A stretch of 64,000 bases of DNA from Sphaerodactylus townsendi (Eukaryota): NCBI RefSeq assembly GCF_021028975.2, contig NC_059439.1:22506001-22570000 (forward strand). The letters run 5' to 3'. Shown here piece by piece: positions 11,101 through 23,132 of this stretch; position 1 is the first letter of the stretch; every line of letters starts with the position of its first letter. A program made the position numbers and the translations under genes. The notes under the pieces are model-generated. The model did not search any database. It was not told where the DNA came from and saw only the letters and a list, made by a program, of their open reading frames with translations.

Positions 11101-13855
11101 TTTTATTTTATTTATTTATTTATTTATGTTTCAAATTTCTATCCCGCCCCGTCCCCGAAGGGCTCTGGGCGGCGCACAACATATAATGGATACAATAATA
11201 AAATATCATAAATAAACTAAAACTTATAAAAGCAGTGAAACTAACTACACATTAACATTTAAAATGTGAAATGAGTAAAAGCACAAGTATAGGTATAGGT
11301 GGCGCCCGATACCTAATATCAAATACTTCCCCCTAGAGATAAAAGGCATCCGACCCCAATTTAAAACCTACCCCCATGGGGGGGATGGCAGGACCCCTCA
11401 ATATGGGGAGCCTGATGTAACTGGCCTAGGGGCAGGGCAGTAAGGGGGCACCATGTCAGCAGCTGGACACTCCAAAGGCCCGGTGGAACAACACAGTCTT
11501 ACAGGCCCTGCGGAACTCACCCAGGTCCCACAGGGTGGACAGCTGGAGGAAGGGTGTTCCCACCAGGCGGAGGCCAGTGCCGTAAAGGTCCTGGCCAGCG
11601 TGGAGGCCAACCCATCATAGAAGGGCGAGGGCCACCAGTAAAAGTTGGCCTCTGCAGAAGCGCAGAGGCCGAGTTGGGACATATGGGGTGATCACGGTCG
11701 AGATACGAGGGTCCCAGGCAGCGCAAAGAAGCCTTAAAGGTCAAAACCCACACCTTGAAGATGATTGAAGATTGACCCGGGGAGCCAATGCAGCTGTCGC
11801 AACACAGGCTGGATGTGTTCTCTGAAGAGCCTCCTGTGAGCAGGCGTGCTGCATGTTGGACCAATTTTAACTTCGAATCAAGCGCGGGAAAGGCTGGCGT
11901 ACAGCGAGTTACAATAGTCCAGCCTGGAGGTGACCGTTGCATGGATCACAGTGGCCAGATCCGCCTGGGAGAGGAAGGGAGCCAACCGCCAGGCCTGGCG
12001 AAGATGGAAAAATGCAGTCCGGGTTGTATGGGCCACCTGGGTCTCCGGTAGAGAGCGAATCAGGTGGACCCCCAGACTGAACAGAGAGTCGTGGCAATGA
12101 GACCCCCCCTCCCACGGCGGCTGGAAATCCCCTAACCTCACCCCTGCGGTCCTAGCCAGAGGATCTCCATCTTCGATGGATTCAGTTGCAACCTGCTCTG
12201 CTGCAACCAACCAGCTACCGCCTCCAAACAATGCTGGAGAGCGCGGGGCAACATCCCCTCCATCAACAGAATGGGCTGAGTGTCATCAGCATATTTATGA
12301 CAGATCAGCCCAAAGCTCCGCACCAACTGGGCAAGGGGTCGCATATAAATGTTAAATAATGGCGGGGATAGCGGCTCCCTGCGGTGCTCGCACTGAAGCG
12401 GGCACCTCGGGAGGCTTCATCCCGCACCACACTTGCTGACTCCGGTCGGAGAAAGCGAGGCAATCCACTGAAGGACAGTGCCCCGTACGGAGCGGCCAGG
12501 CCCGGTCAAGGTTATGATCGACCATATCAAGCGCTCGCGGTAAAGATCTAACAAAACCAGCAGCGCCCGATCCACGCTAGTCGAGTTGCATCGCGGGCGT
12601 GTCTGTGATGGCGATGAAGCGGTCTCCGTCCATGCCCAGCACGGAAGCGGACTGGAAGAGTGCCGAAGCGATCGTCATCCAGGAAACCCTGAAGCTGCTC
12701 CAACACCACTCTCTCAATTACCTTCCCCAGAAGCGAAGATTAGAGCCGAGGCATTGGTGGCCAGATCACCTGGATCTAGCGATGGTCTTTTCAAGAGTGG
12801 AAGTAGGACCACTGCCTCCTTCAACCCATCCGGAAAGACCCTTGCTCAAAGGCCATTGATGATGTTCAACAGATGGGAATTGGTAGCTCCGCGGCAAGCT
12901 TTATAAGCCAGGAGGGGCCGCGGATCCAGAAGGACAGGTAGTAGGTCTAACAGCAGCCAAGGCCCTGTCCTTGGCCCGGCTTCGAGCAGGGAGAACTGGG
13001 CCAAACTTGGGCCGAAGGCGGCAAAGAGAGCCTCCAGTTCACTAATTGTAGATAGCGTGGCGGGAAGGTCCAGTGATAGCGTGACTTTATCTGCAAAAAA
13101 GCTCATGAATGCCTCACAGCTAATAGCCAATGCGATGATTTGTAGACCCCTTCCGAAGGAGGTCAAGGAGCCGAAGATTATCTGAGGAAAATAATTAATT
13201 GCGCCGAGGCGGGGAGCTAGCAAGGCGCAGAGAGGAGGAGAAGAAAGCCTCTTAGCTCCTTAGATTTACTTCTATCTCATAGGCGCTTCATAAGCGTCCT
13301 ATAAGATGTTGGCACTTAGCGAAAGCCTCCGTCCGCGAGATTTCCGCCACACTTTCGCTTCTGATGCGTCTAAAATTAAGCATCCGTTTCATATGAAACA
13401 GCTCACCGGTATACCAAGGGAGCCTGCCGAACAGAGAGGCGAAAGGGCGCGGGAGCTGTAATCCTCGATGGCATCGGAGAGCTGAAGGAGTTCCAGTCCT
13501 CCACCTGCTCATCGAGAGGTGTGCCGGCCGGGTTCAGGGGTCCCGCGAGCATATCTTAGGAAACCAATGTCGGATCCCATAAGTTCTCAGCGGTAGACAT
13601 ATAATCAACCCTGCGCTTAGAGCGGGTTTGAAATTAGCAGAGGGCCATCAGAAGACCTTCAAAGCGTGTCATGGTCCAGACTTCATGGCATTCTCATCCG
13701 TGAAGGATATGACCATATTAACCCCCAAACCAAAGACCAAATCCAGCGTGTGAAAAGCCGGCCTCATGAGGTGTGGGCCAGAACTTTACCAAAGGAGAGG
13801 CCTAGATGCATGCATAGGATGACACACCAGGTCCGCTTGGCCGAAATACCTGTAA
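11101..13855 (-). mobile_element. L2-clade LINE, 5'-truncated, indel-rich
   Basis: (TAAA)n tail at 11101-11127; ORF fragments HKYADDTQ, LQLNPSKMEILW, TVIHATVTSRLDYCNSLY; absent from paralog B2. Confidence 0.85.
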
Positions 13856-14200
13856 TCATGGTTGAAACAAGGAATGAAAATAGTAAAAAGTCACCATACA
13901 AATCTCAGCAAGAGCATAAAATTGTATAGCATCTTAAAAGGAGTATCCTAGAATAGCTTTCAGGCTACAAGCAAACTGTAAAAAAGCAAGAATTTAGAAG
14001 AATCAACCCCTTGACAGAAAACAAAATTGATCTGGCACCTAATAAACAGTAAAATAGGTGCTCTCACCCCTTTGCAGACTTTGGCATGACCTGGCACATT
14101 TGACAAATCTCCAGGAATTACTAGAAACAATGCTTGCTGGGATTGTATAGATGTGTGCAACAGCCAAGGGCTTTTCTAGGTTCTTTTGTTTTTTTTTCTT

Positions 14201-15212
14201 TTACTGTGGACCTACAAAGAGAGGTTTTCTTAACTTTTTGATATTTTGCACACACTGCTTCATGAATATCCTTGTTTCTGAGGCTAAGTAAATTAGGTGG
14301 ATTCAGGACTGGGGGTAAAAGCAGCATATAAAAAAACAGCAGAGCAGGTCGACGGCAATTGGGAGAGGAGAGGGGCTTTGGGCGGGCCTCATGTATGAAA
14401 ACCAGCTGTGAGAATGAAATAAGGAAAACTTGCATCAAATTAGGGGGGAATGCAAGTAGAGAGGAGCTTTTGTATCTTTCGCTCCCTGAACTGATGGAAT
14501 TCCTTTCAGCATGGCTGAGAAGATGTAGCCATAGGAAACAAAGATGAACACAAAGGCAAGAAGGGAATCACAATTAATCCAAGAACAAATATCAGGACTT
14601 GATTAAGCTTCTGCTTATCCGTTGCAAAGAGATCTTTTTTGTAGCTGAGGGATATCACAAGAAAAAACTGCTCAATAATATTGGACCACACAGAAGTTTA
14701 AAACTAAATGTAATACTAGTTTCTGCTAAAAGCATGGGATCCAGCACTGCTGGTCCAGGAAGCAGCTGCCAGGTGAGAGCAGGTTTCCCAGTTCATGATT
14801 AACATATACTGTAGAGGATGGCAAATTGCTACATAGCGGTCATAAGCCATGATGGTAAAAGCAGAGCTAGCTCAGCACCAGCAAAAGTTATCACTAAGAA
14901 AATCTGTGCAGCACACCCATAGAAAGGTGAGATCAGCTTGCTGTTTGTTAAAGGAGGCAACCATGGATTTGGGAACAGTGGGTGGAAATAAAGCATATAA
15001 TATCTGAAGAAGGATAGAAGTTCACTTAGAAAAAAAAAGTACATAGGGATGTGAAGCTGGTGACTGAGGAACACCAGTGTGATTATGAGAACATTCCCAG
15101 AGAGGGCTATGACATATATGGACAGAAATATCACAAAATGCAATATCTGTCCATTGGGGTCCTCAGAAAAACCCTTCAGAAGGAACTCCATAACTGTGGA
15201 TTGGTTTGACAT
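14201..15212 (-). pseudogene. Olfactory receptor family-14-like, frameshifted as assembled (copy B1); possibly intact in reality
   Basis: Starts MSNQSTVMEFLLKGFSEDPNGQILHF like 19149-20093, then carries many small indels (1012 bp vs 945 bp). Homologous stop at 14201-14203. Confidence 0.8.
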
Positions 15213-17000
15213 TTTGTTTGAAAATATTCTGTGAAAAGAAAGAAAGTCATTAATGGAAAAAACATTGTTTTGTAAAACATTGTTGTCCACTTAAACTGCT
15301 GGTGGTCAAGTCACAATCAGTTTATGGCAACCCTATAAGGTTTTCAAACCAAGAGACAAAAAGAGGTGGTTTGCCATTGCCTGTCTTTGCATAGCTTTTG
15401 TGGATTTCCTTGGTAGTCTCCCAACCAAATACTAACCGTTTTTTCCTTATTTATTCTCACAGCTGATTTCTTTTGAGATCTAATGAGATCAGATTAGCTT
15501 GGGCAATCCATGTCAGGGTTTTACATTATGCTGCACTGAATAATAATCAGTGTAATCCAGTGCAAATTTATATCCAAATTTACTGAAGTCAAAGTCAAAG
15601 GGCTTCGAACAATATAATTCTAACCAACATCCCTTTCAGACTGACTCTTTAAACTGTTTTGGCTTCTGGAAAGAAAAGGATTTTTAAAAGATTTCAAACT
15701 TTTTATCTATTTTTTTTAAATCCCTCTTAGATGTATATCCAATATGGTGAGGAAATTTGGGAGGTAACAATGTGTGTCAGTGAAGCTGACAGCAATATTG
15801 AACTGAAGGAGTTCAGACTCTGTCAAAAGGCTAAACTCCTAGCATTGTTATTCAAGATGGAATGGTCATAGCTGAGACACCAGACTCCCATGCATGTACC
15901 CCTTGAGGAACCAATGGCCACACCAGCAGAAGAGAACTGTTCCAATTGTGATTGGCCATGAAATCTTTGATGGGTAGCTACTGAGCAGCAGAAGTAGTGG
16001 AAGGTGAAACTGGTGTTAATTCTTTTGTAGAGAACTGCAGTTGTACTTTGGCTAACTCTGGCTAGTACTGAACAGAAGGTGGCAACGGTAAACTACTTCT
16101 GATAATCCCTTACTTAAAAAACCTGTGATGTTTAATTTTTGTCTTGAGAAACCAAAGCAGAGTTAAGGAGTCCTTTATGAAAGGAATGTAAGATTTCAAT
16201 TAATGTTTAACCATAGCATACATTATACTGTCATTTAATATTGTAATACATCTATCATAATGTATTTCTTAGTCATATCTACTTCCCTCAGCATTAAGAA
16301 GAGTACAGAAATCAGACAGCACTGCTATTTCCTGTTTCTTTTACTAAAGAAGGCTGATGCTTGGGAAGAGAAATGAAAAAATTTAAATTATATTTTTATC
16401 TTTAACAGAGTAACATGAACAACAGCAGACACAACATGACTGTGATGTTTTTCTTGAATATGATAACAAAGAAAAAAAACCTTATCTAATTTCTGTAGGA
16501 AAATTAATGTTTTTTTAAATGCTATTGTTACATTATACTTATGCTTTTGCCCAAGGTATACAGTGTCATGTTTGAAAGTCACAAAAACACTGTTTTGAAC
16601 CCAACTTTTGAACTAGATAGACTCATTGATCCATTTTAAAATATCTCCCAACATTTTTATTTTCCTCAGTTAAAATCTTTCCATGAATCATAATCTTTCT
16701 ATGATCTCAAATGACTGACCGAGGGAAAGAAAGTGTTTACCTGTTCCTGTGTTTTCACTTGTTCCTGGAAGTAAGGAGATGGGACCACACGAGAGAGATT
16801 TAGCCATGCAAATACTTATATGTGATGCAAGGGCTGACTCTGTAGAACTATATATTATATCTCAGGAGTTGATACAGTAGAACTGATTAACACTGTTGCT
16901 TTTCAACTCTCTGAAGGTTTATCAAAAGCAGGACTTTGCTGTTCAGAATGTTGGAGATAGCATAGTAGAGTCATCAGGTAATGGCCTGAATGCCTTGTTC

Positions 17001-17017
17001 TGATTAGCCCTGAGGGA
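17001..17017. promoter_or_regulatory. Candidate homeodomain + O/E (EBF) composite site, OR B1 promoter; paralog at 22285-22301
   Basis: TGATTA-G-CCCTGAGGGA (B1) and TGATTA-G-TCTTCAGGGA (B2), about 220-260 bp upstream (- strand) of conserved CAG|GTA donors at 16740 and 22063. Confidence 0.45.
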
Positions 17018-18349
17018 GTCAGATTTATACCTTATTGATTATGGATGAGCACAGGGGGTAACAATAGACCTGCTGGATGTTTCTCTAAGGACATGCTGCA
17101 TGCAAGCTGGATGGCCAGCATTTTCTTCTTCTTCTTACTCTACAAGCCCCAGATTGCTAAAACAGCATCCTGCAGTCCTGAGCAACCTCACTGATACCTA
17201 CTGCTCTGATGGGAAAACCTGATGACATTTCTGTGAATGGCAGATATGGGCTCAGTCAATCACAATCTCCCATACTAGCCAAGGCAATCAGATGTCATGC
17301 AGCCTTCTTTTATGTCATAAACTTTCCTGGAATTGCAGCACTACTAACCAGAATATAGGAAGAAAAGACTTGCCAGCAATGCAACTCCGCAGGGCTAGTG
17401 GCTCAGGGCATATGAACAATCACCTGCTGATTCCAAAAATCAATTCTCTGTGGCTGTTTCCTAAGACTACTTGGACATTGGAAGCAGCTGGGAAGGCACA
17501 GAGCTCAATGTTAGACTATGAGCCCAGCATTCAAATCTGTGGCTTGGCATTTTTTGGACTCAGGTTCAAAAGATCCAAAAAACCTGGAAGAAGTTTTTTT
17601 TTTTAAAAAAAAAAAAGAAAAAGTGGGAGGCTGGTTTCTTTTGGCTTCTTTTGGAAATTTCCAGGTTTTTTAAACCTAAACCTGAAAAATACTGAAAAAA
17701 AAATGGTGCACACCCATAGTATCTAGTCTAGGGGTAATTACATCACCTCCATACTTCTCCCCAAAATAAAAAAAGTGTTCTCCAATCATTCACAGAGAAC
17801 ATACTTAGCTTTCTTGACTGCCATACCAGGCGCAGAGCACCTATTTTTACTCCCAGTTGTTTCAGATCTTTCCCTATTACAGGAATCAAATCTTGATTTT
17901 TCTGTGGCACCAGGAATGGCTATAGATTGTTTAAAGAGAAAAAACCCCCTGAAAGTAGGATTCATTCCATGATTTTTCTATACGTACAATCAATTCATAT
18001 GAAAACGGATTTCTAATGTAGTATTTAATGTACAGCAAGTCTATGTTCATTAATCTATCATTCCTGCATTCCACTATAAAAAGGCAAGTTGAAATAATGG
18101 GTTAAATTAGCACTTTATTAATGACTGACTAGTCATAGCAATGCCACTTCACAGCTTCTTCAGTGTGGGGTACTGTAATTAATAGTAGTCAAATAGGCTA
18201 CCAGCCTTCAGATTAACTAGCTCACCAGATAAACACTTCAGCCCTCTTTATGTTGTTGATTTCTCTGCTGCTTCTCCATGCAGCCAGTATGAAGCAGCAT
18301 ACAAAGTAAAACACAACATGAACATAGAGTCTGTAAAGGTTGAAACAAG

Positions 18350-18822
18350 GGCTCTTTCCACACGAACCATAAACAGCGCCCTGGGGACAGCAAAAACGCT
18401 GTCCCCAGGGAGCCGTTCACACGGGGGGCACAGCTTCTGAGCAGCCGTTTCCCCACCTCGCTTCCCCAGCAAGGTTTTGGGAAAACGGCAGCTTCCAGTT
18501 GCTGCCATGCGAATGGCAGCGGCTGGAAGGCGCCATCCCTCCCCCCTTTCCCCATCGCGGCCATCTGTTTCTGCGGCCATCTGCCGCGTCGCCAAGGCCT
18601 GGGGACACGACCCCCTGCCCTGCGACTCCGGAGCAGTCTAGCAGGGCAGGGGTGTCAGCCTTGGTGACTACGCCGGATGGCTGCAGAGATAATTAAGTCG
18701 GTGGAAGCGTTTGGGCAGCGTGGCACTGTCGTCCCGGTAGTTTCAGGAACCGTTCATGCGAACGGTCCCAGGGGGGTTGGGTCAGAGTCATGTACCCCCA
18801 TCGTGGCCGTGCAGAAATGGCC
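18350..18822. mobile_element. GC-rich Harbinger-like non-autonomous element
   Basis: 3-bp TSD AAG; ends GGCTCTTTCCACACG / CGTGCAGAAATGGCC; empty site GTTGAAAC-AAG-GAATG at 13861-13876. Confidence 0.85.
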
Positions 18823-19148
18823 AAGGAATGAAAATAGTAAAAAGTCAGCATACAAATCTCAGCAAGAGCATAAAATTGTATAGCATCTTAAAAGGAGTAT
18901 CCTAGAATAGCTTTCAGGCTACAAGCAAACTGTAAAAAAGCAAGAATTTAGAAGAATCAACCCCTTTGACAGAAAAAAAATGTTTTGATCTGGCACTTAA
19001 TAAACAGTAAAATAGGTGCTCCCTCCCCTTTGCAGACTTTGTCATGACCTGGCACATTTGAATAATCTCCAGGAATTTACCAAAACAATGCTTGCTGTGT
19101 GTATAGATGTGTGTGAGAATCAGTGCTTTTCAGTTCCTTTGTTTTTCT

Positions 19149-20093
19149 TTACCATGGACCTACAAGAAAGTTTTTAACTTTTTTTGATATTTTGCACACT
19201 GCTTCTTGGATATCCTTGTTTCTGAGACTATAAATGATTGGATTCAAGACTGGGGGTAAAACAGCATACAAAATAGCAGAGAGCAGGTCGACAGTGGGAG
19301 AGGAGAGGGCTTTGGGCCTCATGTATGAAAACCCAGCTGTGAGAATAAATAAGGAAAACACTGTCAAGTGGGGAATGCAAGTAGAGAAGGCTTTGTATCT
19401 GCCCTGAACTGATGGAATCTTCAGCACGGCTGAGAAGATGTAGCCATAGGAAGCAAAGATGAACACAAAGCAGAAGGCATCTACAGTGAGTGAAATAACA
19501 AGGATCAGGACTCGATTTGCTTCTGTATCCGTGCAAGAGATCTTTTGTAGCTGAGGGATATCACAGAAAAACTGCTCAATAATATTGGACCCACAGAAGT
19601 TTAAACTAAATGTAATACTAGTTTCTACTACAGCATGGATCACACTGCTGGTCCAGGAAGCAGCTGCCAGGTGAGAGCAGGTTTCCCAGTTCATGATTAA
19701 CATATACTGTAGAGGATGGCAAATTGCTACATAGCGGTCATAAGCCATGATGGTAAGCAGAGCTAGCTCACCACCTGCAAAAGTCATCACTAAGAAAATC
19801 TGGGCAACACACCCATAGAAAGAGATCAGCTTGCTGTTTGATAAGGAGGCGGCCATGGATTTGGGAACAGTGGTGGAAATAAAGCATATATCTGAGAATG
19901 ATAAGTTCAGCAGAAAAAAGTACATAGGGGTGTGAAGCTGCTGATTGAACAACACCAGTGTGATTATGAGAGCATTCCCAGACAGGGCTATGACATAAAT
20001 TGACAGAAATATCACAAAATGCAGTATCTGTCCATTGGGGTCCTCAGAAAAACCCTTCAGAAGGAACTCCATAACTGTGGATTGGTTTGACAT
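19149..20093 (-). CDS. Olfactory receptor, class II, family-14-like, intact 314 aa (copy B2)
   Basis: Motifs [44 protein letters not shown]; N-Q-S sequon at the N-terminus; acceptor TTCTTTTCACAG ending at 20113 on the - strand. Confidence 0.97.
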   Translation of the reverse strand: MSNQSTVMEFLLKGFSEDPNGQILHFVIFLSIYVIALSGNALIITLVLFNQQLHTPMYFFLLNLSFSDICFISTTVPKSMAASLSNSKLISFYGCVAQIFLVMTFAGGELALLTIMAYDRYVAICHPLQYMLIMNWETCSHLAAASWTSSVIHAVVETSITFSLNFCGSNIIEQFFCDIPQLQKISCTDTEANRVLILVISLTVDAFCFVFIFASYGYIFSAVLKIPSVQGRYKAFSTCIPHLTVFSLFILTAGFSYMRPKALSSPTVDLLSAILYAVLPPVLNPIIYSLRNKDIQEAVCKISKKVKNFLVGPW

Positions 20094-20233
20094 TTGGTTT
20101 GCTTGAAATATTCTGTGAAAAGAAGGAAAGTCATTAATGGAGGAAATGTTTGAAGAAACATAGTAATCTACTTAAACTATTGATGGTCAAGACACAATCA
20201 GTTTCTGGCAACCATATAAGGTTTTCAAACCAA

Positions 20234-20373
20234 GGCTGATTCCGCATGGGCCAAAAACAGCAGTGTGAAAACAGTGTGAAAACAGTATAAACCCTTTTAC
20301 ACTGTTTTAAACCCTTTTACATTATTTTCACCCCGTTTTCACACTGCTGTTTTTGGCCCATGCGGAATCAGAC
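20234..20373. mobile_element. Palindromic Harbinger-like MITE (second copy 53325-53464, TAA TSD)
   Basis: GGCTGATTCCGCATGGGCCAAAAACAGCAGTGTGAAA and its reverse complement; absent at the B1 site (~15350). Confidence 0.8.
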
Positions 20374-21164
20374 ATAGAGACAAAAAGAGGTGGTTTGTCA
20401 TTGTCTTTGCATATTGTCTTTGCATACTCATTGTGGATTTCCTTGGTAGTCTCCCAACCAAATACTAACCAGTATTTTCCTTATTTATTCTAACAGCTGA
20501 TTACTTTTGAGATCCAATGAGATCAGATTAACTTGGACAATTCATGTCAGTGGGTTACACTATTATATGCTGATCAATATTCAGGGTAATGTAGTCCAAT
20601 GCAAAGTTACACTCAAATTTACTGAAGTCAAAGGGCTTAGAACAATATAATTCTGACCAACATCCCTTTCAGACTAGCTCTATAAATTGTTTTGGCTTAT
20701 GGAAGAAAATGAATTTTAAAAATATTTCTAAAGATATTTTTTATAGAAAAAACCTCTTAGATGTACACCTAACATGGTGATGGAGTTTGTGAGGTAAGGG
20801 TATGTGTCAGTGAAGCTGAGATCTATACTGTGAAGGAGTTCAGACTCTGTCAAAAGGCTAAACTCCTATCAGAGTTACTCAAGATGGGGTGGTCACAGCT
20901 AAGACGACAGAGTAAAATGCATGTACCCCCTTTAGGAAGAAATGGCCATATCAGCAGAAGAAAACGAACAATTCAAATTGTGATGGAGACCAAGAAATCC
21001 TTGAAGGGTAGCTACTGAGCAGCAGAAGCAGTGGAAGGTGAAACTGGTGGAGATTCTTTTACAGAGAATGGCAGTGACACTTTGGGTAACTCTGGTTAGT
21101 ACGATACAGAAGGTGGCAATGGTAAACTACTTCTGATCATCTCTTGCCAGGAAAAAGAAGTATA

Positions 21165-21447
21165 AGAAGAAGAAGAGTTTGGATTTGTATCCCATCTTTT
21201 TTCTCCTGTAAGGAGACTCATGGTGGCTTAAAAACTCCTCCCCACAACAGTCACCTTATGAGGAAGGTGGGCCTGAGAGAGTTCTGAATAACTGTGACTA
21301 ACCCAAGGTCATCCAACAGGAATGTAGGAGTGTGGAAATACATCTTGTTCACCAGAGAAGCCTCTTCCTCTCAGGTGTAGGAGTGGGGAATCAAACTGAT
21401 TCTCCAGATTAGAATCCACCTGCTCTTAATCACAATGCCATGTTGGC
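21165..21447 (-). mobile_element. tRNA-derived SINE (Squam3-like); further copies 22398-22646 (+), 42752-42948 (-), 46792-47072 (-)
   Basis: (CTT)n tail, A/B-box head, homology to the young copy at 62339-62836. Confidence 0.75.
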
Positions 21448-22984
21448 TTTCATCTGGAACCAATGATGTTTCATTTTTGTCTTTGGAAACTATAGCAGAT
21501 TTAAGGAGCACTTATTAAAGGAAAGCAAGATTCCAATGATTGTTTAAACACAGCATGCATTATACTATAGTTTTAATATTGTAATTTATCTATAATAGTG
21601 TATTAGTTTGCCACATCTACTTCTCGCAGCATCAAGAAGAATACAGAAATCAAACTGAACTAATATTTCCTGTTTCTTTGACTAAAGAAGGTTGATCCTT
21701 GGAAGAAAGGAAAGAATCTTCATCTTTAACAGAGTATGATGAACAACAACATACAAAATATGGCTGTTATGTTTTTCTTGAAGATGACAACAAAGAAAAA
21801 AACCCTAATCTATTATCTGCAGGATAATTATTTTTTTAAAAAATGTTACGGTTACTTTATTATTATGCTTTTTATTCAAGATATGCACTGTCATGTTTGA
21901 AAGTCACAAAAACACTGTTTTGAACCAAACATTTGAATGGACAGACTCATTGATCCTTTTTTTTAAAAAAAAATCCTCCCAATGTTTTATTTCTGTTAAA
22001 TCTACCATAAATCATCATGTTGCTATGATCAAATGACTGGAGGAAAAAAGTTTTTACATGTACCTGTTGTTGTTTTTTCATTTGTTCCTAGAAATAAGGA
22101 GATGGAAACACATCAGACAAATTTAGCCATGCAAATTCTGAAAAGTGATGTAAGGGCTGAGTCTGTCGAACTATGTATTATATCTCAGGAGCAGATACAG
22201 AAGAACTAATTAACACTGTTGCTTTTCAACTCTCTAAAGATTTATCAGAATGGGGACCTTACTGTTCAGAGATTGGAAATGTTCTGATTAGTCTTCAGGG
22301 AACCAGATTTATACCTCACTGATGGTTGATGAGCATAGTCATAACAATAAAGTTGCTGGATGTTTCTCTATGGACATGCTGCATGCAAGGTAGATGACCC
22401 ATGTGGTGTAATAGTTAAGAGTAGGTGGATTCTAATCTGGAGAACAGGTTGAATTCCCCACTCCTCCACCTGAATGGCAAAGTCTTATCTGGTGAACCAG
22501 ATGTTCCTGGTGAAACAGGAACACTCTCAGCTCCACCTACCTTACAAGGAGTCTGTTGTGGGGAGAGGAAGGGAAAGGAGCCATGAGTCTACTTACAGGA
22601 GAGAAAAGTGGGGTATACATCAAAACCCGTATTCTTATTATTATTCTACAAGCCCCAGATTGCTAAGTAAGCATCCTGACATCCTGAGCAACCTCACTGA
22701 CACCTACTGCTTCAATAGGAAAACCTGATGACATTTCTGTGAATGGCAGATATCCATATTGGCCAAGGTCATCAGATGTCATGCAGCCTTCCATTACGTC
22801 ATAAGCCTCTGTGGAATTGCAGCACTATTAACGTGAAGACAGGAAGGGAAGACTTGCCAGCAATGCAACTTCACAGAGCTAGTGGCTTGGGGCATATGGA
22901 CACTCACAAGGCACTAGGGCTTCCAACCATCAGGTGGTTAATAAAAATCTTCTGGAATTCCACATTATCTCTATTCCCCTAGAG

Positions 22985-23132
22985 CAGGGGTAGGGAACCT
23001 GCGGCTCTCCAGATGTTCAGGAACTACAATTCCCATCAGCCTCTGTCAGCATGGCCAATTGGCCATGCTGGTAGGGGCTGATGGGAATTGTAGTTCCTGA
23101 ACATCTGGAGAGCCGCAGGTTCCCTACCCCTG
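22985..23132. mobile_element. Palindromic hAT MITE (relatives 24836-24981, 40076-40213, half copy 63186-63268)
   Basis: Near-perfect 148-bp hairpin CAGGGGTAGGGAACCT...AGGTTCCCTACCCCTG; 8-bp TSD CCCTAGAG. Confidence 0.88.

Larger units (their letters stand above)
10812..17423 (+). repeat. Tandem duplication block B1 (paralog of ~18058-22908)
   Basis: Colinear from ATTCCTGCATTCCAC through the OR gene, intron and upstream region; noncoding divergence looks higher than in block A. Confidence 0.88.
18058..22908 (+). repeat. Tandem duplication block B2
   Basis: Paralog of 10812-17423; differs in TE content at 18350, 20234, 21165 and 22398. Confidence 0.88.
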
